A stretch of DNA of 63,853 nucleotides, filler included, from Licmophora abbreviata (lineage: Eukaryota), in the NCBI GenBank assembly GCA_900291995.1. It is 14 parts of 14 records of this genome, joined end to end, with 100 filler letters (N's around TTAATTAATTAA, not from the genome) between each part and the next. Parts side by side here need not be neighbours in the genome. Positions count along the whole stretch, not along the records: positions 15,971 to 26,283 come from OLMU01001116.1; positions 26,384 to 28,301 come from OLMU01001118.1; positions 28,402 to 42,191 come from OLMU01001119.1; 11 more parts are not named here. One strand, written 5' to 3'. Of the stretch, positions 21,101-30,558 are shown piece by piece. Below the pieces are notes generated by a model. That model searched no databases, was not told the DNA's origin, and saw nothing but the letters and a program-made list of their open reading frames with translations. Every line of letters begins with the position of its first letter. The first letter of the stretch is position 1. Both the position numbers and the translations under genes were made by a program.

Positions 21101-24100
21101 GACGGTGGCACCGACATGCTGGTGATCAACGGCGACGGCACCGAGGAAGGCTTCACCATGTATACGGTCGCGGCATGGGCCGATGCAGGCGGTGCAGCCC
21201 CGGCGGATGCACTCTCCGAGATCATCATCACCCGGACAGTGGCCGGTGCGGAAACCGCGATCATGGAAGTGCGCGGCATCGAGGAGGTCGCAATCAACGG
21301 GGTGCAGGGTGTTGAAACCATCACGGCAGTGGGTGACTTCGCAGGCACCTCGCTGGCGCCCAACACGATCTACGTGAACGGCACGGCGGGTCGCGAAGTG
21401 ATCGACTTCTCCGGCTTCACCTCGACCCAGCGTCTTGTGGTGGATGCAGGCGACGGTCGTGACGTCATCACCGGCGGTGCAGGCAATGACATCCTGAACG
21501 CCGGTGCGGGCCGCGACGAAATCACCTGGAGTGTCGGCGGCGGCAGCGATGTGGTCGACGGCGGCGCAGACGAAGACACCTACATCATCAACGGCGATGC
21601 ATCTGATGAAACCTTCCGCGTCTATGCGGCGGACTCCTGGACAGGGGCACCCCTGGCCACCGGCACCGACATCGTCATCACCCGCGACGCGGGCACCGGC
21701 GAACAGGTGATCGGTCAGCTTCAGAACATCGAGGAAATCCAGATCAACACCGCAGGAGGCACGAACGACGTGCAAGTTATCGGTGACTTCAACCCGACAG
21801 CTCTCAACTTCAACACCATCAGTGTGACTGGCGAAGTTGCCAATGTGGATGTCACGGGCCGTCTTTCGACGCACCGCGTGTTCGTCGAAACCGAAAGCCG
21901 CGCCACCACGGTGACCGGCATCCTGACCGAAGGCGACGTGATCGTCGTCCCGGTGGATATCGACCCGGCCACTCTGGAAACGACCCGTTCGACTGACGGG
22001 CTGACCGTCACGCAGACCTCGGGCGACTTCACGCTGAGCTTCACGGTCGATGATGTGGACACGCTTCCGATCGTCGTGCAGTCCGGCAGCGGCCTGGCCA
22101 ACGCCCTGCGCGATGTGGCGACCATCAACGAGCAAACCGGCGCACCTCAGGGCATGGGAACGGTCGCTCTCGGCACCCTGCCGCGTGGCAATGTCCTGCT
22201 CACCGGCGATGATCTGGCCGCGTTGAAATACATGATCACCGGTCAGGGCGAAGCGCCTGTCCTTCCGCCCGAAGCGGGTGAGCCTGCGGACGACGAACCG
22301 GCTGATCTGATCGTCGGTGTCCGCGATCTCGAAGGTCTCACCAATAACCTGCAGAACCCCGAGATTTCGGGTGGCGCGACCCTGCCGTTTGCCCGTGTGA
22401 CCGACGCCCGCTACGGCGTCGACACCGACACCGGCAGCAGTGTCGGTATGGACGGCGCAGGTATCGTCAACCCGGTGTTCGCCGATCTCGACGCCCGCGA
22501 CATCTCGAACGCCCTCGGCGCTCAGGATGCGGATGCGGCCAAGGCGGCGACGGCCAACATGTTCATGATGTCCTTCGGTCAGTATTTCGACCACGGCCTG
22601 ACGTTCATCCCCAAAGGCGGCCATGCCCCGATCGCGATCGGCGACATGGGCGTGGACCGGATATTGGGCAACCCGGTTGACCTCAACCGTGCCACGGCCA
22701 CGGTCAATCCCGACACCGGCGAGATCGAGCATACCAACATCACCTCGCCCGTGGTCGATCAGAACCAGGTCTACGGCTCGTCCAACCTGGTGGGTCAGCT
22801 CCTGCGCGAAAGCGGTGAAAATGGCGGCTTCGGTGCCCATGTCCTGATGGGTCAGGAAGATCCCTCGGCCCCCGGCTTCAAGCTGATGGCCACACTGCGG
22901 GAACTGCTGGATCACCATACCAATGCCGGTACGGTCTTTACCGGAACCGACAAGGGCGATGTCACCCTCGAAGGGTACTACCCGGATCTGTTCAACGATG
23001 ACGGCACCTACAACGCCGCAACCATCAAGGAACTCTCCGGCGACTTCATGGGGGAAGGCTGGCCGCTCCTGATCGACACCAACCCGTTCATGAACCTGCT
23101 CGACCACTTCGTCGGCGGCGACGGGCGTGCGAACGAAAACGTGGGCCTCACCTCGATGCACACCGTCTGGGCGCGCAACCACAACTACCACGTGGATCAG
23201 CTTCTGGCGGCGGGCTACGCAGCCGACACCACCGAAGAGCTGTTCCAGGCCGCGCGTATCCTGAACATCGGGGAATATCAGCAGGTCGTGTTCAACGACT
23301 TCGCCGATAGCCTTCTGGGCGGGTTGCAAGGCTCGGGCCGTCACGGTCATGACAAGTATGACCCGACAACCGATGCCCGCATCAGCCACGAGTTCGCGGC
23401 GGCGGCCTATCGCTTCGGCCACTCGCAGATCGGTGAGACGATGACTCTCAAGACGCAGGACGCCGATGGCAACACCATCACCGTCGATGCGGACCTGTTC
23501 GATCTGTTCCTGAACCCGACCAACGATCCGAACGCGTTCACCGTGCCGCTTCCCCACGGGTATGTGCCGCAACCGGGCTATGCCCAGTACGGTGTCGCCA
23601 ACATCCTTGGTGGTCTGGTGGAACAGCCCTCCGAAGAGGTTGACCTGCAGGTGGTGGATGCCGTCCGCAACGACCTCGTGCGCAGCCCCGCCGATCTCTT
23701 CGCCTTCAACGTCGCTCGCGGCAGGGATCTGGGCCTCGGCACGCTCAATCAGGTCAAGGCCGATCTGGCGGCGTCCGGCAACCTCTACATCTCGGAAGCG
23801 ATCGAGCTGTCGGACATGGCCATGACACCCTACACCGACTGGGCCGATTTCCAGACGCGCAACGGGCTGTCGGACGACATGATCGCCAAGTTCGAGCAAG
23901 CCTACCCGGAGCTCATCCTGGAAGTCCCTTCGGACGAATACAACGCCTTCGTCGCGGCCAACCCCGATATCGCGATGATCGACAATGGCAATGGCACGAT
24001 GACCGTCAAAGGCATCGACCGTGTCGACCTCTGGGTCGGTGGCCTGGCCGAGCAGCACATTCAGGATGGTGTTGTCGGTCATACCTTCTGGGTGCTCATC

Positions 24101-25408
24101 CACGAGCAGCTCGACCGCCTGCAGGAAGGCGACCGGTTCTACTACACCGACCGGATCGGCGATCTGCCCGTCTACAACAACTTCATCTCCAACCTCACCT
24201 TCGGGGATATCGTGACCCGCAACACCGGGATGACCGATCTGCCGCTGGATGTGTTCAGCTATAACGGAGATCAGGCGGTTGAAGACAATGCACCCAACAC
24301 CAACCAGACCAACACCGATCCGGTGACCACCAACCAGACCAACACCGATCCGGTGACCACCAACCAGGAGACCATCGACACGACCAACACCGGTCAGACA
24401 CCGGAAACCGAACCGACGACAACACAGGAGACCGCAACCCAGACGACCGAGGATAACAGCGCCCAACAGCCTCAGGGCGGCGCGTCCAACGAGACCGAAA
24501 CCGAAACCAACGAGGATATGTCCCAGGGCACCGACACCACGCTCGAAAACCAGGAATCCGAAGTCGAAACCGAGACACCGGCTTCGGACCCCTCGGCCGG
24601 GCAGAGCCCCTACGGCCCGGTCGAGGGTATCGTAGAAAGCGGTACCGAAATGGGCGATGCCCTTGTCGGCGCGGCGGGTGACGATGTCCTCAGCGGGTAT
24701 GACGGCAACGACATGCTCGTGGGCAATGCCGGTGACGACATGCTCTTCGGTGGCGATGGCCGCGACGACATGCTCGGTGGCGAAGGCAATGACATGCTCG
24801 TGGGCGGCGCCGGCAGCGACAATATCCTTGGCGGCGACGGCGATGACGTGATCATCGGCGGGTCCGGCTCGGATATCCTGATGGGCAATGCCGGTGACGA
24901 CACCTTCATCGGCACGGACGGCGACTGCAACGACCTCATCTACGGTGGCGAAGGGTCCGACACGATCGACATGGCGTCGGTCACGTCCAACCTCACGGTG
25001 CGCCTCGGCAATGCCGGGACGGATCGTGGCTCGATCACCACGGCAGAGGGCGGTCGCGACACGATCTGGAGCATCGAGAACTTCGTCGGTGGCGCAGGCG
25101 ACGACACCATCTTCGCCAGCGACGCGGCCAACGTGCTCGATGGCGGTGACGGCAACGACACCTTCGTGTTCGAAACCGCGGCCAGCGCGGAGGGCGATCA
25201 CATCAACGGCCTCTCCGCTGGCGATGTCCTGCAGTTCGGCACAGGGGCGGGTGCGGTCACGATCTCCTCGCGGGATCAGGCCATCGACGCCGGCTTCGCG
25301 GTCGAGCATGACGCCGCCAACGACGTCTCGACGATCAGTGGCAGCCTCGACGACGACAGCTTCGAACTGACCGTCAGCGGCCGCTTCGACTACGAAAACC
25401 TCGCCTGA
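15151..25408 (+). CDS. Giant RTX protein with two animal-type (peroxidase-cyclooxygenase) heme peroxidase domains, MopA/PepA-like; >=3,385 aa, split by gap 15871-15970
   Basis: RBS CAGGAG; family N-terminus 'DLKHILDQIRIAEQH...LPYGLRLVDGTLNNL'. Domain 1: GQFFDHG (17405), GDGRGNE, RFGHS, NIARGR. Domain 2: GQYFDHG (22577), GDGRANE, RFGHS, NVARGR. Several GGxGxD nonapeptide blocks; no signal peptide. Confidence 0.92.
24298..24367 (+). repeat. 30-bp perfect tandem repeat (about 2.3 copies) in a Thr/Asn/Gln/Glu-rich linker
   Basis: CAACCAGACCAACACCGATCCGGTGACCAC x2 plus partial copy, encoding TNQTNTDPVT. Confidence 0.95.
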
Positions 25409-25431
25409 TCGTCAGACTGACCGAAACCAAT

Positions 25432-25462
25432 ATCGGCAGCCGGAGTCCCTCCGGCTGCCGAT
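25432..25462. terminator. Hairpin between convergent peroxidase and truA genes
   Basis: ATCGGCAGCCGGAG-TCC-CTCCGGCTGCCGAT, 14-bp perfect stem. Confidence 0.7.
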
Positions 25463-25524
25463 CTCGTTCTAACGTCCGCCTTTGAAAAAACCGGGCCATC
25501 CGGCGCGCACCGGCCCCCAAGCCC

Positions 25525-26283
25525 TCAGCTGAACGGATCTTGCGGATAACCGACACCAGCCAGATACAAGCCCTGTGGCGGGCAGACCGGCCCGCAGGCC
25601 GCGCGGTCCTTCGCCTCAAGCGCGTTTTTCACATCCTCGGGCGCCCAGCTTCCCGCGCCCACGCGCTCCAGCGTGCCCACGATGCTGCGCACCTGATTGT
25701 GCAGAAACGACCTCGCGCTCAGATGAAACCTCAGCTCCGGTCCTCCCAGCCCCTCGACCTCTTCGATCTCCAGCGCATCCAGCGTCTTGACCGGGCTTTT
25801 CGCCTGACAGATCGACGATCGGAACGTGGTGAAATCATGCTTGCCCAGCAGATGCCGCGCCCCCTCTCGCATCGCCGCCACATCAAGGCTCTGGGGAACA
25901 CGCCAGACGCGCCCCGCCTCCAGCGTCTCTGGCGGACGCCGCATCAGCAGCCGGAACAGATAGCGCCGCTCCAGCGCTGAAAATCTGGCGTGCCAATCCT
26001 CTGCGACCTGGGCGCAAGCCAACACCGCAACCGGCGCGGGCTTCAGATGATAATTCACCGCCCCATCAGCTTGAACGGCTCCCAATCCTTGACCAGATCG
26101 CAATGCGCCACCTGCGCAAGCCCATGCACCCCCGCATCCGTGCGCCCGGCCGCCGCGATCTTGTGCGGGCCTAGCTCCAGACGCGCCAGCGCCGCCTCGA
26201 TCGCAGCTTGCACCGAGGGCTGGTCCGTCTGCCGCTGCCACCCCACGAAGGGCAGGCCGTCATATTCCACTTTCAACGCATAT
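25525..26283 (-). CDS. truA: tRNA pseudouridine(38-40) synthase; 5' end in gap; 1-nt frameshift near 26062
   Basis: [52 protein letters not shown]. Confidence 0.93.
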
Positions 26284-26383
26284 NNNNNNNNNNNNNNNNN
26301 NNNNNNNNNNNNNNNNNNNNNNNNNNNTTAATTAATTAANNNNNNNNNNNNNNNNNNNNNNNNNNNNNNNNNNNNNNNNNNNN

Positions 26384-26461
26384 TCGCTCAAGCCCGGCGA
26401 AGGCCCGCCGCATATCCGGCTCGATCGCGCCGCGCAGTTCCTCATCGGCGACCGGCTATGA
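26384..26461 (+). CDS. ycjX: C-terminal fragment of a YcjX-family protein
   Basis: 'GPPHIRLDRAAQFLIGDRL*' is the characteristic YcjX C-terminus; ycjF lies downstream. Confidence 0.8.
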   Translation, partial: SLKPGEGPPHIRLDRAAQFLIGDRL

Positions 26462-27120
26462 GACAGGCCGCGCCTCTCACCTCCCGCCCTGGTCCGCAGG
26501 CCGCCCCCCGCCCTGATATGCAGGCCGCCCCGACGCCCAATCCGCGATCCGCATCGCACACCGGCCCGCCATCCGCGCCGCCGCCCGCTCCGCAGACCGA
26601 CTCGGCGCCGCCCCTGTCTCCCGCTGCCCGGACCAGCCCGCAACCTCAAGCCAGCCACCTCCCGATACCCGCCCATATCGGCCATGCCCCGCATCTTCTG
26701 GCGATCCTCTGGGCCTTCACCCGGCACACCCCGTGGCTGCCCCTTGTCCGCTCGCGGCTCACCGATCTGCGGATGATGCTGCAGGTGATCCGCCGGGGCT
26801 GGGTGCATGTGGCCTGCGATGCGCAGGGCCCCGCAGGTTTCATCGCGCGCGACGGGCAGTGCATCCATGCGCTCTATATCCATCCCCGCGCCCGTGGCAC
26901 CGGGCTTGGCCGCGCGCTTCTGGATCAGGCCAAGCGCGATCAGCCGCGCCTCATCCTCTGGGTGCTGGCCGATAACCGCCCCGCGCGGGGCTTTTACGCG
27001 CGCCAGGGCTTTGTCGAGGCCGGGCAGGGCAGGGGGCAGGGCAATGACGAAAACCTGCCCGACATCCGCATGGTCTGGCACGCCCGCGCCGACACCGGCC
27101 GTCAAGGAGACCCGGCATGA
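26458..27120 (+). CDS. GNAT-family N-acetyltransferase with Pro-rich N-terminal region
   Basis: 'IHALYIHPRARGTGLGRALL', 'LWVLADNRPARGFYARQGF', 'NDENLPD'; ATGA overlaps at both ends. Confidence 0.8.
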   Translation: MRQAAPLTSRPGPQAAPRPDMQAAPTPNPRSASHTGPPSAPPPAPQTDSAPPLSPAARTSPQPQASHLPIPAHIGHAPHLLAILWAFTRHTPWLPLVRSRLTDLRMMLQVIRRGWVHVACDAQGPAGFIARDGQCIHALYIHPRARGTGLGRALLDQAKRDQPRLILWVLADNRPARGFYARQGFVEAGQGRGQGNDENLPDIRMVWHARADTGRQGDPA

Positions 27121-28136
27121 CCAAACCCAAAGGCCCCATCCTGATCGAGCTCGAGCAGGCCGACACCGCCCCCGGCCCCGACACCGCGCCGCCCGTGCCC
27201 GACCCCGACACGCCCGCTCCCGATACGCCGCAGGGCCGCGCCATGCAGACCGCCGCCACCTTGGCCGCCCGCCGCCCCTCGCGCCTGTCGCGGCTCTTCT
27301 GGGGGCTGGTGCTGGCGCTCCTCGGGGCGGTCCTGTCGATCACCGCATGGGATTTCGCCACCGGCCTGATCGCCCGCGCGCCGATCCTCGGCTACGGCGT
27401 CACCGCGCTCATCGCCGCTCTCCTTCTCGTGCTTCTCGTCATCGCCCTGCGCGAGCTGGCCGCCTTCTCCCGCCTTGCCCGCATCGACAGCCTGCACCGC
27501 GCCTCCCAATCCGCCCTGGCCGAGGATGACCTGACCGCCGCCCGCGCCGTGGTGGCCGACCTCACCCGGCTTTATGCCGCCCGCGACGACACCCGTTGGA
27601 GCCGTGACCGACTGGCCGAACGTCAGGCCGATCAATTCGACGCCGCAGGCCTTCTGGGCCTGGCCGAGATCGAGCTTCTGGTCCCCCTCGACCGCGCCGC
27701 CACGCAGGAGATCGAGGCCGCCGCCCGGCAGGTCGCCACCGTCACCGCGCTGGTACCGCTGGCGATGGCCGATGTGGTGGCGGCGCTCACCGCCAATATC
27801 CGCATGATCCGCCGGATCGCCGAGATTTACGGCGGCCGCTCGGGCGTTCTGGGGGGCTGGCGTCTGGCTCGGGCGGTGATGGCTCATCTGGTGGCAACCG
27901 GGGCTGTGGCGGTGGGCGACGATCTGATCGGCTCCGTGGCGGGAGGGGGACTGCTCTCCAAAGTATCACGCCGATTCGGTGAAGGTCTGGTTAACGGCGC
28001 GCTCACCGCCCGTGTCGGCGTCGCCGCGATGGAGGTCTGCCGCCCGCTCCCCTTCACCCGCGCCCGCCGCCCCTCGGTCTCGAACCTCGTCAAACGCGCC
28101 CTCACCGGCCTCTTCGGCGGGCAGGGGGCAGCCTGA
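27117..28136 (+). CDS. ycjF: YcjF-family (UPF0283) membrane protein
   Basis: 'VATVTALVP', 'MIRRIAEIYGGRSG', 'SRRFGEGLVNGALTARVGVAAMEVCRPLPF'. Confidence 0.9.
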   Translation: MTKPKGPILIELEQADTAPGPDTAPPVPDPDTPAPDTPQGRAMQTAATLAARRPSRLSRLFWGLVLALLGAVLSITAWDFATGLIARAPILGYGVTALIAALLLVLLVIALRELAAFSRLARIDSLHRASQSALAEDDLTAARAVVADLTRLYAARDDTRWSRDRLAERQADQFDAAGLLGLAEIELLVPLDRAATQEIEAAARQVATVTALVPLAMADVVAALTANIRMIRRIAEIYGGRSGVLGGWRLARAVMAHLVATGAVAVGDDLIGSVAGGGLLSKVSRRFGEGLVNGALTARVGVAAMEVCRPLPFTRARRPSVSNLVKRALTGLFGGQGAA

Positions 28137-28947
28137 CCCCGCCCTCGTCTCCGCCATGGGCGGCGAGAATGGGGGCCGGCCCTGCCACGGGTCGCAACAG
28201 GGTCAGCCTTGCGGGCCGCGCCACGACGCACCGCACCCCGCATGGCCACGCCGCGCAGCGGCGATCCAGGCGGTGCTGACGGCCGCAGTATGCGGGCCAA
28301 ANNNNNNNNNNNNNNNNNNNNNNNNNNNNNNNNNNNNNNNNNNNNTTAATTAATTAANNNNNNNNNNNNNNNNNNNNNNNNNNNNNNNNNNNNNNNNNNN
28401 NCGCCTCCGTCCTTGCCAAACCCCCTTGCCACTTGAAACGCTTGCCCACACGCGTCCGCCGGGCCACTACGCGACGCACCCCGCCTCGTCGGGCCGCGGT
28501 GCGGCGACCCACGGGTTGGTCATGGGCCCTTTATCCCCGCCAAATCCCAATATTCGATGAACGGCGCATCCAGCCTCGCCAAATCGCCGCGCCGGGGGGC
28601 GGCCCGGCGATGCGCGACGGCCTTCGGCCTTTACTCCGCGCTGGGGCCTCTCGACCCCCCTCTCCGCCCCGGCCCCCCGACCTCGTCACGTTTTGCTTGC
28701 CGGTGCGTTCGGCGGGCAGGGGGCACCCTGAGACCTCCCTGGCGTTCCTTATGTGGAGCGGGGTGCGGTGGTGGGATTGGGGGGATTGCAGTCCTTGGCT
28801 GCACCTTGCACGAATATCTGGTTTGGGCTGGTCGCGAAGCCCCCCATGCTCCAGAGGCGACCGTAACGCCGCACACCTCGAAAGATGCCAAATTTTCGGC
28901 ACATTTCTCCTGCAATAACCTTATATATCCATGGCTTGGAGATTTCG

Positions 28948-29625
28948 ATGGCGCAGCCTGTGTCAGTGCTTGTCGACGGTGACAACATCAGCGGTAAGCA
29001 CGCAGGAAAAATTCTTTCCGTCGCCGCTCAGCACGGTGAGCCAACTCTGGTTCGGGTCTATGCCGATGCACAGCGTCCCTCTGACTGGCATAGTGCGATT
29101 GGCTACCGAATGCTGCATTCGGGAACGGGTAAGAACGCCGCCGACATTCTTCTGGCACTGGATGCGCTGGAATTGCTGCTGTCCAAAAATATGCGCTGTT
29201 TCGTAATCGCAAGTTCTGACGGTGATTTTACACATCTTGCAACCAGATTGCGTGAGCACGGAGCAAAGGTCATCGGGATTGGTGAAGTAAAGGCGCCCAT
29301 CGCCTTTCGCGCATGTTGTAGCGATTTTGTAGAAATCGGCACGCCGCTGCCCGTGCGTCTTGTGCCGGAGCCGTCGACGACTGTAACGGCGCTCGACCAG
29401 AAGATCCGGTCCATGATTGCGCTGCACAGCAAGAAGGGCATGGGAATACACATCGCTGAACTCGGCCCGAAAATGCACAGTCAACATGGGATTCGGATCA
29501 GCACATATCCCGAGCGGACCTGGCGCGCCTATCTGGCTGCGCGACCATCACTCTACGAACTGGACCCTCGCGGCCCTGAAGCCATGGTTCGGTTCCGTCC
29601 CGAAGGCTTTACTGACGCCGCTTAG
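28948..29625 (+). CDS. NYN (LabA/DUF88, PIN-fold) domain protein with C-terminal HTH-like (OST/LOTUS-type) region
   Basis: 'VLVDGDN', 'GKNAADILLALDA', 'IASSDGDFTHLATRLREHG', 'FRACCSDF'; RBS GGAG. Confidence 0.85.
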   Translation: MAQPVSVLVDGDNISGKHAGKILSVAAQHGEPTLVRVYADAQRPSDWHSAIGYRMLHSGTGKNAADILLALDALELLLSKNMRCFVIASSDGDFTHLATRLREHGAKVIGIGEVKAPIAFRACCSDFVEIGTPLPVRLVPEPSTTVTALDQKIRSMIALHSKKGMGIHIAELGPKMHSQHGIRISTYPERTWRAYLAARPSLYELDPRGPEAMVRFRPEGFTDAA

Positions 29626-29772
29626 GCGCCCCGTCCTTGGTCATGTTACGGCTGAAAGCATGAATGGCGGCAATGCGGATTGCGGCTGCAGCATCTCAGG
29701 GTGGCGCTGGACGTCGGCTCTGGGCCGTAAGCCTATCCCACGAACGCCCCCCCAACCCCATCCACCAGAGAA

Positions 29773-29794
29773 GCAGGATTTTCCAAAATCCTGC
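29773..29794. terminator. Intergenic hairpin between convergent genes
   Basis: GCAGGATTTT-CC-AAAATCCTGC. Confidence 0.5.
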
Positions 29795-29857
29795 CCACGC
29801 GATGTCGAAATCGCGCCGCCCGGTGGCGACCGTCCTACCCCCAACCAACCGATTTGC

Positions 29858-29933
29858 GTACGGGATGGACACAAATCCGCGGATCAGACCCGGGTTCCGT
29901 CCCAAACGCGCGTAGGGTTCGTACGGATTGTAC
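29858..29933 (-). repeat. 76-bp GTAC-bounded dispersed intergenic repeat, copy 1
   Basis: Reverse complement closely matches 49707-49782. Confidence 0.85.
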
Positions 29934-30344
29934 TCACCTGAGTTTGGGGATTCCGCCCGGCAGGGTCTCGCGTTCGACCACGCTCGCGCGCATCGAGCGG
30001 CCGATCCGGTGCGCCAGATGCGACCATGCGGCGGCCTTCTCGGGCGGCAATTCGGCCTTCAGGATCGTATCGAACAGGTCCAGCCAGGTCGAGAACATCC
30101 CCGGCTTGACGTTGCCTGCGCGCACATGCACGGCCACCGGATTGCCCCTGTAACTGCGCTCGTGCAGGATGGAATTTGCCCAGAAATCAACGACTTTCGC
30201 CTCATGCGCCGGCCAGTCGTCGACATGCGCGGCGAACACCGGCCCCAGTCCGGGATGCGTTCGGGCGGCCGCGTAGAACGCCCGCACGACCCGGTCGATC
30301 TCGGGCCGCGTGATCTCGAAGCGCGGAGGCAGGGCAGTGCTCAT
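29934..30344 (-). CDS. Group III truncated hemoglobin
   Basis: 'IDRVVRAFY', 'LGPVF...DWPAHEAKVVDFW', 'YRGNPVAVH', 'FSTWLDLF', 'AHRIGRS'. Confidence 0.88.
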   Translation of the reverse strand: MSTALPPRFEITRPEIDRVVRAFYAAARTHPGLGPVFAAHVDDWPAHEAKVVDFWANSILHERSYRGNPVAVHVRAGNVKPGMFSTWLDLFDTILKAELPPEKAAAWSHLAHRIGRSMRASVVERETLPGGIPKLR

Positions 30345-30558
30345 CCCCCCTATGTGGCCCGCCTTTGGCCGTCGTGCAAGCACCCACTGGACCAATCCCG
30401 CCCCCATCCCTATAACCCCCCCATGTTGAAAATACCGGCGATCATCTCCCGAATTACCGGCCCGGCGCTCTGACTGGTCGGAGTTGCCGGGACTTCTGGT
30501 GTAAGCCATTGCGCCACTTCCGTTTTTTCAGACATCGCTGTGACAGAGGACGCCCCCG

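Noticed and set aside
15923..25309. Very long antisense ORFs (1608 aa and 1518 aa) opposite the peroxidase, and similar ones opposite other genes
   Set aside because: Shadow ORFs caused by high-GC codon bias; no motifs or RBS support.
28402..28947. Several short ORFs in the GC-rich stretch before the NYN gene
   Set aside because: Pro/Arg-rich translations with no motifs or RBS; no gene or RNA could be supported.
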